From IMG/VR virus record IMGVR_UViG_3300020048_000088, positions 1 through 64,000 of that record: a stretch of DNA of 64,000 bases, one strand, 5' to 3'. The translations under genes and the position numbers were made by a program. The notes below the pieces were generated by a model. The model ran no database searches. It saw only the letters and a program-made list of their open reading frames with translations, and had not been told where the DNA came from. Origin of the DNA: a virus (Duplodnaviria; Caudoviricetes). Each line of letters begins with the position of its first letter. Within the stretch, counting starts at the first letter, position 1. Below are positions 9,513 to 17,897 of this stretch, piece after piece.

Positions 9513-9863
9513 ATGACTCCCGCCAAACTCGACCTCACTGTTTACCAAGGCGCCACCTTCCGAAAGTCGTTTCAATGGCTCACAGGGGTTCCTGCGACTC
9601 CGGTGAACTTAACAGGCTACGACATCCGCATGATGATTCGTAGCTCAGTCGTCGACGCGGCTTGCATGGCGAGTCTCACGCTCGGCGACGGGATCACGAT
9701 TACCGACGCGGAAGCCGGCAAGTTTGAGGTCTACATGAGCCCTGTGCAGACTGCGGGGTTCAGCAAGAAGACTGCGGTTTACGACATTGAATTCGCGATA
9801 GGCCCAGACGTCGATCGGGTGGTTGAGGGCGACATCAGCGTCAGTTTCGAGGTGACTCGATGA
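9513..9863 (+). CDS. Virion structural / fibre-attachment protein
   Basis: LDLTVYQGATF N-terminus and YDIE...VEG.I.VS.EVT C-terminus, common in phage fibre-base proteins. Confidence 0.55.
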   Translation: MTPAKLDLTVYQGATFRKSFQWLTGVPATPVNLTGYDIRMMIRSSVVDAACMASLTLGDGITITDAEAGKFEVYMSPVQTAGFSKKTAVYDIEFAIGPDVDRVVEGDISVSFEVTR

Positions 9864-10105
9864 CCGACTACAACGTAGTAACCGTTGAGGAGGTTACTGC
9901 GGTCGTCGTCACTCAGGGCGAGGCGTCCGTGGGGGTCATCGTCACTGCGGGGGAGCAGGGACCCAGGGGAGCAGATGGTCCGAACGCTATCGGGGGCTTC
10001 ATAGTGAGCCTGAGCAATCCGGCCTTCGGGGACATCTTGTCGCTTGGAGATAACCAGTGGGTCAATACCGCCGCCACGACCCTGACAGACGGTGGCAACT
10101 TTTAA
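9860..10105 (+). CDS. Small fibre-associated protein ending in DGGNF
   Basis: ATGA coupling; GEQGPRGADG collagen-like motif. Confidence 0.55.
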   Translation: MTDYNVVTVEEVTAVVVTQGEASVGVIVTAGEQGPRGADGPNAIGGFIVSLSNPAFGDILSLGDNQWVNTAATTLTDGGNF

Positions 10106-10120
10106 CTTTTTGGAGCGATT

Positions 10121-11602
10121 ATGAGCAACACAGTACGAATCAAACGCCGCGCAGCTGGCGGCGCAGCAGGCGCACCAACCACCTTGGCCAATGCCGAGTT
10201 GGCATACAACGAACAAGACGATACGCTGTATTACGGCAAGGGTACTGGCGGCGCAGGAGGCTCCGCGACAGGCGTGATCGCCATTGGTGGCCCCGGAGTG
10301 TATGTTGACAAGAGCAACGCGCAGACCATCGCGGGTGTCAAGACTTTCAGTTCCAGTCCCGTACTGCCTACGCCTGCAACGGGCGACAACAGCACCACGG
10401 CAGCAACCACGGCCTTTGTTAAAGCGCAGGCTTACCTGACGGCTAACCAGACCATCACGGTTACTGGTGATGCCTCTGGCACGGGCGCTACAGCGGTTTC
10501 CCTGACGCTGGCCTCGGTTGGTACGGCAGGCACTTACACCAAGGTCACCACCGATGCCAAGGGCCGGGTTACAGCAGGCACGGCCTTGGCTGCAGCCGAC
10601 ATCCCTGCCCTGACGGCCACGAAGGTCAGTGACTTTGACACGCAGGTTCGCACCAGCCGTCTGGATCAGATGGCGCTACCAACAGCCGACGTGGCAATGA
10701 ATGCCAAAAAGCTGACAGGTTTGGCTGACCCGGTCGCCGCACAGGATGCCGCGACGAAAAACTACGTTGACATGACAGTGCAGGGTCTCGACCCCAAGGC
10801 GTCTGTCAAAGCAGCATCGACTGCCAATATCGCGGCACTCTCGGGCGCAATGACGGTTGACGGCATTTCGCTGGTCGCAGGTGACCGTGTCCTTGTCAAA
10901 GACCAAACCCTACCGGCTGCAAACGGTGTTTACGTTGTTGCTGTGGGTGCCTGGACGCGCGCTGCAGATATGGACCTGTGGGCAGAAGTGCCTAGCGCGT
11001 ATCTGTTTGTTGAGCAGGGCACAAGCAATGCCGAGTTGGGCTTCCTCTGCACATCGGATCAGGGAGGCACGCTTGGCACGACTGCCATTACGTTCGTGCA
11101 GTTCAGCGGCGCAGGACAGGTTACTGCGGGCAATGGCCTGACCAAGACGGGTAATTCGATTGATGTGGTGACTGCCTCGGCGGCTCGCATCGTTGTGAAT
11201 GCCGACAGCATCGATCTGGCTACTGCGGGCACTGCGGGCACCTACCGTTCGGTGACCACGGACGCTTATGGTCGCGTGACTGCAGGCACCAACCCAACCA
11301 CGCGCGCAGGCTACGGCATTACTGACGCCCAGCCCCTGGACGCCACTCTGACGGCCTTGGCGGGCGTGACCACCGCTGCCGATGGGTTGGTCTACGCCAC
11401 CGGCGCTGACACCTTCTCCACGACCACGCTGTCGGCATATGGCCGCACGCTCATTGACGATGCCGATGCGGCAGGCGCACGCGCAACGCTGGGCTTGAGC
11501 ACGATGGCCACGCAGGCTGCATCGAGCGTTGCCATCACCGGCGGCTCGATCATCAACTTGACGACCTTTGACGGCAACACCATCGACGGCGGCACGTTCT
11601 AA
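10121..11602 (+). CDS. Tail fibre protein
   Basis: Fibre repeats GTAGTY..VTTDA.GRVTAGT (twice) and GNGLTK; DAATKNYVD motif; ends in DGGTF. Confidence 0.85.
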   Translation: MSNTVRIKRRAAGGAAGAPTTLANAELAYNEQDDTLYYGKGTGGAGGSATGVIAIGGPGVYVDKSNAQTIAGVKTFSSSPVLPTPATGDNSTTAATTAFVKAQAYLTANQTITVTGDASGTGATAVSLTLASVGTAGTYTKVTTDAKGRVTAGTALAAADIPALTATKVSDFDTQVRTSRLDQMALPTADVAMNAKKLTGLADPVAAQDAATKNYVDMTVQGLDPKASVKAASTANIAALSGAMTVDGISLVAGDRVLVKDQTLPAANGVYVVAVGAWTRAADMDLWAEVPSAYLFVEQGTSNAELGFLCTSDQGGTLGTTAITFVQFSGAGQVTAGNGLTKTGNSIDVVTASAARIVVNADSIDLATAGTAGTYRSVTTDAYGRVTAGTNPTTRAGYGITDAQPLDATLTALAGVTTAADGLVYATGADTFSTTTLSAYGRTLIDDADAAGARATLGLSTMATQAASSVAITGGSIINLTTFDGNTIDGGTF

Positions 11603-11645
11603 ATTTCAATCAACCCCGCCTGTTTAGGCGTTTTTGGGGAGCCTT

Positions 11646-12071
11646 ATGGCAAATGTAATCAAGGTCAAGCAGTCTGCCGTATCAGGGAAAGTGCCCACAA
11701 CAGCACAACTCGATCTCGGTGAGCTTGCGGTCAATACCACTGACGGCAAGCTCTACACCAAGATCAACGTCAGCGGCACAGAGTCCATTGTTGACCTGTC
11801 TGCTGGCGGTGGCGGCGGCGGGGGTGTGTCCTCTGTTGCAGCGGGAACGGGTCTGACAGGCGGGACGATCACCTCAACTGGGACTATCGCCCTGGCAGAC
11901 ACAGCCGTAACCGCTGGCTCCTATGCCGCTGCCAACATTACGGTGGATGCACAAGGGCGCATTACGGCGGCTGCAAATGGATCAGGCGGCAGCAGCGGGG
12001 GCAGCGTGGATGGCGGCTCTCCAGATGCTGTCTACGCAAGTTCGCAATATATTGATGGAGGGACACCTTGA
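11646..12071 (+). CDS. Short fibre protein
   Basis: L.LGELAVNTTDGKLY head, GGVSSVAAGTGLTGGTIT and ITVDAQGRITAAANG repeats; ends in DGGTP. Confidence 0.75.
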   Translation: MANVIKVKQSAVSGKVPTTAQLDLGELAVNTTDGKLYTKINVSGTESIVDLSAGGGGGGGVSSVAAGTGLTGGTITSTGTIALADTAVTAGSYAAANITVDAQGRITAAANGSGGSSGGSVDGGSPDAVYASSQYIDGGTP

Positions 12072-12628
12072 TGGCTGATCTTGTGCAACTTCGACGCGGC
12101 AGTGCCGCCGCCTGGACTTTGGCCAACCCAACGCTCGCGCAGGGTGAGCTGGGGATTGAAACCGATACCCAAAAATTCAAGTGTGGGGACGGTTCAAGCC
12201 CGTGGAGTACTTTGCCTTACTTGATTGATGCCGGTAACTACGCAACCATGACGAGCGTACAGACGCTGACCAACAAGACGCTTGAGTCGCCGGTTGTGAA
12301 TTCGCCTACGTTAAACAACGGTTACACCGAGGAGGTGTTTTCGGTTACTGGGAGTGCTACACCCACTTTATCTCCAGTCTACGGTTCAATACAGACTTTG
12401 ATTCTTGCTGTTAACGCAACCCCCACATTAGGGACTTGGAATTCTGGGCAGTCAATCACCTTGATGGTTGATGACAGTACTGGGTACACCGTGGACTGGA
12501 CCGTTTTAGGGGTGGTATGGAAAACAGGCTCGGGTACTGCTCCAACGCTATTAACTACTGGCTATACTGTTATCACACTATGGAAAGTCGGAACGACGAT
12601 CTACGGTGCCTTAGTGGGTAACGCGTAA
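12071..12628 (+). CDS. Fibre protein with major-tropism-determinant N-terminal (Mtd-N-like) domain
   Basis: VQLRRG.AAAW..ANP.LAQGELGIETDT.KFKCGDG...W..LPY motif. Confidence 0.8.
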   Translation: MADLVQLRRGSAAAWTLANPTLAQGELGIETDTQKFKCGDGSSPWSTLPYLIDAGNYATMTSVQTLTNKTLESPVVNSPTLNNGYTEEVFSVTGSATPTLSPVYGSIQTLILAVNATPTLGTWNSGQSITLMVDDSTGYTVDWTVLGVVWKTGSGTAPTLLTTGYTVITLWKVGTTIYGALVGNA

Positions 12629-13293
12629 TGTTGTGGCAGAAGTTATTGGGAACAGCAGCTTCTTCTTCTGCTGGAGGTCTTGCGGTTACTTTTGTTGATA
12701 GACAAGATCAGACAGCAGGAACAACCGTTACATTTGCAAGTGTTAATTTTGGTAGTGCTGCTACAGATAGGCGTATTTACATTTCTGTAATGGCTTCAGA
12801 GACAACACTAAGAACTACTACGTGTACAGTTGCAGGGGTTAGTGCGTACGCATTTACAAAGATTAGACCTGGGTCACAATTTACAGGACAGGTTTTTGCT
12901 GTTGACTTGCCAACTGAAACTTCTGGGTCAGTTGTGCTTAACTACTCTGGACCGATTGGCACCCCACGTGTAAGCATAGGGGTATGGTCGGTCCTTGGGC
13001 AAACATCTGCAATAGCGAGTGCGCTAGTTAGTGCTATAGCTAACTTTACAGTAACTGGGTTATATCTATCTACAGTAGCAAATTCTGTAAATGGTGGTTT
13101 TGCACTTATTCATACACTTAATAATGGAAGTGGTCAAGTAGTTACATACTCCGGTGCAACACTAAATTCTACTTTTTTAGCAACACGTACTATAGCCACA
13201 ATGTACAGTACTAGTGAGCCTACTAATTCGTATCTTACAACACAATCAAGTGCTAGTAGTATAGCTACAACCATTCACACCTTTAATCCATGA
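12628..13293 (+). CDS. Putative receptor-binding / fibre-tip protein, AT-rich cassette
   Basis: MLWQKLLG..A start; Ser/Thr-rich beta domain; visibly lower GC than its flanks. Confidence 0.55.
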   Translation: MLWQKLLGTAASSSAGGLAVTFVDRQDQTAGTTVTFASVNFGSAATDRRIYISVMASETTLRTTTCTVAGVSAYAFTKIRPGSQFTGQVFAVDLPTETSGSVVLNYSGPIGTPRVSIGVWSVLGQTSAIASALVSAIANFTVTGLYLSTVANSVNGGFALIHTLNNGSGQVVTYSGATLNSTFLATRTIATMYSTSEPTNSYLTTQSSASSIATTIHTFNP

Positions 13294-13847
13294 CGGATAC
13301 AAATATGTACATAAAACTAATAAATAATACCCCTGAAAGATACTCGCTTACCCAACTACGTCGAGATAATCCACAAGTCAGTTTTCCGCAGGTTATCCCT
13401 GATGCTTGTGCGGTTGAGTACGGTGTGTACCCTCTGCAAGCCACGGACCAACCTACTTACGACCTAATGACCAGTCGAGTTGTTGAGGGCATTCCTGTAC
13501 AGCAAGGTGAAGCCTGGGTGCAGGCGTGGGATGTAGTAGCTTTGACCCCTGAAGAACTCCAAGCAGTTGCTCTTGAGCTTAAAGGCGACATAGTGGCCCA
13601 AACCCAGCAGCGTCTGGATGACTTCGCACACACCCGCAACTACGACGGCATTTTGAGTGCCTGCACCTACGCAACTTCGACCGTGCCCAAGTTCCAGCAG
13701 GAGGGCCAATACTGCGTGACTGCGCGTGACCAGACTTGGGCTGTGCTGTATCAAATCATGGCCGAGGTTGAGGCAGGTACACGAGAAATGCCGAGTGACT
13801 TTGCTGAGATTGAGCCGCAGCTTCCGGTGCTCGCGTGGCTGGCGTGA
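13290..13847 (+). CDS. Tail fibre assembly / chaperone-like protein
   Basis: YSL.QLRRDNPQVSFP and QQRLDDFA..RNYDGILSACTYA motifs; last gene of the fibre module. Confidence 0.7.
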   Translation: MTDTNMYIKLINNTPERYSLTQLRRDNPQVSFPQVIPDACAVEYGVYPLQATDQPTYDLMTSRVVEGIPVQQGEAWVQAWDVVALTPEELQAVALELKGDIVAQTQQRLDDFAHTRNYDGILSACTYATSTVPKFQQEGQYCVTARDQTWAVLYQIMAEVEAGTREMPSDFAEIEPQLPVLAWLA

Positions 13848-13958
13848 GCGAGGCAAGCGGATGGGTTAAAATCCACCTGAAGCCTAAAAGTTCAGACGGT
13901 AAATTTTTCAAAAAGTTGGCAGCGCTTGTAAGCTGTTGATTTTAAATAAGACGTTACC

Positions 13959-14005
13959 CCTTTACACGGCGTAGGTCGGCGGTTCGAGCCCGTCATCACC
14001 CACCA
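13959..14005 (+). mobile_element. attP core: 3' half of tRNA-Val(TAC)
   Basis: CCTTTACACGGCGTAGGTCGGCGGTTCGAGCCCGTCATCACCCACCA comprises the anticodon loop (TAC), variable loop, T-arm, acceptor 3' strand, A73 and CCA. The 5' half is absent, and the integrase lies 170 bp downstream. Confidence 0.9.
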
Positions 14006-14024
14006 CCCAAACCCCAATAAAATC

Positions 14025-14055
14025 AACCACTTAGAGCGATCTGAGTGGTTTTTTT
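14025..14055 (+). terminator. Intrinsic terminator downstream of the tRNA fragment
   Basis: AACCACTTAG-agcgat-CTGAGTGGTT followed by a T run. Confidence 0.75.
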
Positions 14056-14176
14056 ACGCCCTTTTGCCACCCGCGTAAGTGAGGCAAAGTGAGGCATTGC
14101 CACCCAAAATGTAGTATCCTGCCAACCGGAGGACGCCCTAAACGGTGTAGCTCCGTAACTTTTTAAGGGGAACGAA

Positions 14177-15280
14177 ATGACATTTAGAAGGGATCGTGGC
14201 AGCAGCTGGGAGTTTGTTTTCAAGCGTGCGGGGGTGCTAGATAAGCCCCTGAGCCTGGCGTTTGACACCGAGGAGGCGGGCGACAAGTACGCGGTCAAGC
14301 TCGAGGCGCTGCTTGACCGGGGCATCGTGCCCACGGAACACCAGACGGTAAACCGCATCATCAACATTGAGCGGCTGGTGCAGCAGTACATCCGGGACGC
14401 GCACCCCAAGGACAAGGACGTCGGCGCCCTGGGCACGGTCTGCAAGTCTGTTGGAAAAACACCACTTGACAGCATCGACGCCAAGTGGGTTGACGACTGG
14501 ATCAGTACGATGAAGCGGGAGGACAAGGTCGCTCCGTCCACGATCCGGGCCAAGGTTGGCGCGCTTGCGCGCTGTTGTGATTGGGGGATTCGCAAGAAGT
14601 TGCTGCTGATGCCGGATCACCCGTTGCGCACGCTGCCGGTGGGCTACGCCCAGTACACCAAGCTGGATGAGAGCCTTGCTGGAGTGCTGAGGGAGGATGT
14701 TGAGAGGGATCGGAGGCTTGAGAGGGGGGAGTTTGAGAAGATCATCGCGGTGATCGAGGGAGGGGTGTTGCCGAGGAAGCAGCGACCAATGGAGCTTCCT
14801 GACAAGGTGGCGCTCAGGGTGTTGTTCATCCTGGCACTGGAGTCGGCGATGCGACTGAGGGAAATGTACACGCTGACGACAGATCAGGTGGACATGTTAA
14901 AAAAGACGATCTTTTTGGACAGGACAAAGAACGGGGACAAGAGGCAGGTGCCGATGACCTCAGTGACTCTGGTGGAGCTTGCCAAGTACCTACATGGGCG
15001 GGAGGGGCCTGTGTTCCCCTGGTGGAACGGCTCGTTGGACAAGAAGTACCTGCATGACAGGACTGACTTCTTGTCCAAGCTTTTCGTCAACATTTTCAAG
15101 GAGGCTGGCTGTGCTGACCTTAAATTCCACGATCTGAGGCACGAGGCGACATCAAGGATTTACGAGCGCACTCGGATGACGGACTTGCAGATCAGCAAAA
15201 TAACCGGGCACCGCAACTTGCAAATGTTGCGGCGCTACTCGAATTTGCGTGGAGACGACCTATCCGCGCAGATGTGGTGA
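14177..15280 (+). CDS. int: Tyrosine integrase
   Basis: SAMRLRE (R), KNG (K), FHDLRH (H-x-x-R), ITGH and RRYS (Tyr) catalytic motifs. Confidence 0.95.
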   Translation: MTFRRDRGSSWEFVFKRAGVLDKPLSLAFDTEEAGDKYAVKLEALLDRGIVPTEHQTVNRIINIERLVQQYIRDAHPKDKDVGALGTVCKSVGKTPLDSIDAKWVDDWISTMKREDKVAPSTIRAKVGALARCCDWGIRKKLLLMPDHPLRTLPVGYAQYTKLDESLAGVLREDVERDRRLERGEFEKIIAVIEGGVLPRKQRPMELPDKVALRVLFILALESAMRLREMYTLTTDQVDMLKKTIFLDRTKNGDKRQVPMTSVTLVELAKYLHGREGPVFPWWNGSLDKKYLHDRTDFLSKLFVNIFKEAGCADLKFHDLRHEATSRIYERTRMTDLQISKITGHRNLQMLRRYSNLRGDDLSAQMW

Positions 15281-15517
15281 TCAGGCCGTAGCTGGCCTGC
15301 GCACACGCTTCTGACGTGGCCCACCGCCCATGCGCGCGGCGGTTTGCTGGATGATGACGCGCTCAATGTGCGTCAACACGTCCTTCTTCATCAGCACGAA
15401 TGCCCGGCCAACCCTGCCAGCAGGGAGGGTCCCGTCGGCTATCAGGTCAAGGATTGTCCGTGAGTGGACATTCATCATGGCGGCAGCCCCGTGGATGTCA
15501 AGCGTCATGTCATTCAT
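15281..15517 (-). CDS. Excisionase-like HTH protein
   Basis: LDIHGAAAMMNVHSRTILDLI..G.LPAGRVGRAF (HTH_17/MerR-like); convergent with int. Confidence 0.75.
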   Translation of the reverse strand: MNDMTLDIHGAAAMMNVHSRTILDLIADGTLPAGRVGRAFVLMKKDVLTHIERVIIQQTAARMGGGPRQKRVRRPATA

Positions 15518-15735
15518 TTCTTGGCTCCCAGAAACGACTTCAACCAGACGATCAGCAGCGCGGCCGCCACAAACGGGAGGAACGGCGGGTCAATGAGCAT
15601 CTCGGGGCCCTCCGGCCACAAACTCGACCAGGCGTAGCCCCACAGGCCCCAGATGGCCGCAATGATGCCGCCGTACACAACCAGCCCGATCAGGACGGTC
15701 ATAACCCACTCGAGGGGTGACAGGTTCAGCTTCAA
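15514..15735 (-). CDS. Small membrane protein
   Basis: Two hydrophobic segments; coupled to its neighbours. Confidence 0.6.
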   Translation of the reverse strand: MKLNLSPLEWVMTVLIGLVVYGGIIAAIWGLWGYAWSSLWPEGPEMLIDPPFLPFVAAALLIVWLKSFLGAKK

Positions 15736-15974
15736 TTTGGCACCCCTGCTGGCGAGGCCTTGGAGGGCTTGGCGGCGTTGCTTTTGCGGCGCTTGATGGC
15801 GCCGATGCGCTGAGCGCTCTTGGTGCCCTCTTTGAAGTAGGTGCCTGCGCCCATGGAATTGTGGAACATGGGCATGTGCCCGGCCAGACGTTTGCTCAGC
15901 TGCTGGCGTTGGCGGTACTGGGCCATGGACTCGTCCTGGAGACGCTCTGGAACGTGAACTTGATTGATGTTCAT
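15732..15974 (-). CDS. Hypothetical basic protein
   Basis: A-rich leader; overlap coupling. Confidence 0.5.
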   Translation of the reverse strand: MNINQVHVPERLQDESMAQYRQRQQLSKRLAGHMPMFHNSMGAGTYFKEGTKSAQRIGAIKRRKSNAAKPSKASPAGVPN

Positions 15975-15993
15975 CTTTTTCTTCTTTCTTCGG

Positions 15994-16308
15994 TTACGCT
16001 GGTTTGACCAGCAGGTTGACAGCCAGCTGCGGCTGTTGGGCGATAGCCAGGGCCTTCAGCATGAAGTCCTCGCTAAAGGTGGGTGCGGGTGGAGCCGGGT
16101 ACACGGCCTCGGGGAAGTCTTCCAGCAAGTGGTTCAGGGAGCCAATGCCTACCATGCTCGCGCAGTACGCGGTGGTGAATGCAGGCGCACTCACGCAGAT
16201 CAGCTGCTTGGTGGTCGGGTGGATAAACAGGCCCTGCCCGGGGTAGGCCAGGGCGTCGTACTCTTTCCCTGGCGGCGGTGCGAACTCCGTGACTTTGATG
16301 CACTTCAT
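15994..16308 (-). CDS. Hypothetical protein
   Basis: Start MKCIK overlaps the upstream stop (ATGA). Confidence 0.5.
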   Translation of the reverse strand: MKCIKVTEFAPPPGKEYDALAYPGQGLFIHPTTKQLICVSAPAFTTAYCASMVGIGSLNHLLEDFPEAVYPAPPAPTFSEDFMLKALAIAQQPQLAVNLLVKPA

Positions 16309-16523
16309 TTGGCCACCCCCTGCGGCGAGACGTTCGCGCGGATAACGCACACAGTGGACGGGCTGCCCTGTGTGACCGCACACTTGGCGTCAAGCGGGTT
16401 GGCTCCTGCCTGCACCATCTTGGTCACAGCGTGGTTGTCGTTAGCGGAACAGGCCAGAGGCGATGTGACCACCACAACCGCCACGATGGTGGCGCAGATG
16501 GCTGCTATGGTGTTGTCGTTCAT
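16305..16523 (-). CDS. Small secreted/lipoprotein-like protein
   Basis: Hydrophobic N-terminus ending in PLAC; ATGA coupling to rdgC. Confidence 0.5.
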   Translation of the reverse strand: MNDNTIAAICATIVAVVVVTSPLACSANDNHAVTKMVQAGANPLDAKCAVTQGSPSTVCVIRANVSPQGVAK

Positions 16524-17437
16524 TTGGCTGCCTCTACTTCCTTGTAGCCAAACATCTCGCACAGGAACGTGACGGCGTCGGCAAGGTCGTTCACCTCAAT
16601 GGTGGCTGCGGCGGCGAACGTGTCGAACTCCTGGTCTTCCTCCTCAACAGCGCTCGGGTTCCAAATGCCGCGCATCCGGAAGTCGTCGGTGAGCTTGAGC
16701 TCGACGTCGTCGGCAAACGACAGGCCCAAGGATTTGACCGTGAAGTGGGAGTCAAGCGCCTCGTTCAGCGCGCGGCCGGCGGAGGCAAGGTCTGACATCT
16801 TCACCGAGACCTTGCGCTCGTCCTGCTCAAGCACGACCTCCGCACGGGGGTCCAGGCCACCGAACGCTCCGAGGTCGCCGCCCAGCCACTGCTTGAGGCG
16901 CTGGGTGAGGCCACCCTTGACGTCCGCCACGTTGATGGTGGTGGTCTTGACGCTGCCCACCGAGTTGACCAGCAGGCTGACAACCTGCTGGGCGAGCGCC
17001 TTGCTGGTGGTGGGGACGATCAGAAAGTTGGTGGCGGTGTGGTGGTAGCAGGTGATCCGCGTCGTGCGGACCAGGGCGTGCGGCAGAAAGCTGTCGATGA
17101 CATCCAACTTGATCATGCTGCGTTCCTTTTTGCCGGGTTTGCGGCCCTGCTCGCGTTCGATGAGCTTGGCGCGGCGGTCGACCTCCGCCTTGACCACCGA
17201 GCCCGGGACGATCTTCTGGTCGACGCGCACGGTGAACGCAACGCCGCCGGTGAACTCGTCGACGAGATTGGCGCCGTCATTCTGAACAAAGTCGTCTTCG
17301 CGGGGGGTGAACCCGATGCTGACGGCCTGCAGGCTGAGGGCATCAACGAAGACGTCCTCAAAGAAGTGCTCCCGCAGAGCCCCTGCAGACGGCAGCTCGG
17401 CGTGGAAAACTGTGGCGGATTTGATGAGTTGTTTCAT
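16520..17437 (-). CDS. rdgC: Recombination-associated protein RdgC
   Basis: SIGF, DQKIVPGSVVK.EV..R...IE..QGRKPGKKER..IK.DV...LP.A motifs; 305 aa. Confidence 0.85.
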   Translation of the reverse strand: MKQLIKSATVFHAELPSAGALREHFFEDVFVDALSLQAVSIGFTPREDDFVQNDGANLVDEFTGGVAFTVRVDQKIVPGSVVKAEVDRRAKLIEREQGRKPGKKERSMIKLDVIDSFLPHALVRTTRITCYHHTATNFLIVPTTSKALAQQVVSLLVNSVGSVKTTTINVADVKGGLTQRLKQWLGGDLGAFGGLDPRAEVVLEQDERKVSVKMSDLASAGRALNEALDSHFTVKSLGLSFADDVELKLTDDFRMRGIWNPSAVEEEDQEFDTFAAAATIEVNDLADAVTFLCEMFGYKEVEAAK

Positions 17438-17488
17438 TCTTATTTTTCTTTCTTCGGGTTGTGCAGCCCAAGGCGGGGCTGCGGCGCT

Positions 17489-17896
17489 TTAATCGATTGA
17501 CAGGATCGAAAAACCCTTGTGCTGGGCTATCGTCAGTACAGTGGTTTCGTCGCAACTCTCGCACTCGAAGAACACCGCAACGGCACCCCTGCGGCTTGAC
17601 GGGTTACCACTCGGATCGGAATGCGTAACAACCACTGGCCCAGGGTACCTATCCAGCGGCGGGTCAGTATCCCTAGCCATCACCTTGGTCAGCATGGAGG
17701 GGCCGTCCTCCCCACCCTCCCTGCTCCATACCCCCACAGACGCGTGGTGTAAGTTGTCACCGCCACAGTGAGCGCACTGGAGTACAAGCTGGTCCCTGCC
17801 AACGGTCATGAGTCCTACCCCTGGGTGGGACCTGTCGTTCTCTGTTAATTGCACGAGGTTTACCAACTCAGCGAATCCCGAGGTTTTCTCTTTCAT
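17489..17896 (-). CDS. Hypothetical Zn-ribbon protein
   Basis: CAHC ... CESC pairs. Confidence 0.5.
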   Translation of the reverse strand: MKEKTSGFAELVNLVQLTENDRSHPGVGLMTVGRDQLVLQCAHCGGDNLHHASVGVWSREGGEDGPSMLTKVMARDTDPPLDRYPGPVVVTHSDPSGNPSSRRGAVAVFFECESCDETTVLTIAQHKGFSILSID

Positions 17897-17897
17897 A

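Noticed and set aside
12071-13293. Diversity-generating retroelement, suggested by the Mtd-N-like domain
   Set aside because: No reverse transcriptase and no VR/TR pair differing at adenines was seen in the window.
13959-14005. Complete phage-encoded tRNA-Val gene
   Set aside because: Only the anticodon loop to CCA is present. There is no 5' acceptor strand (GGGTGAT) or D-arm upstream, and the 5' anticodon stem does not pair.
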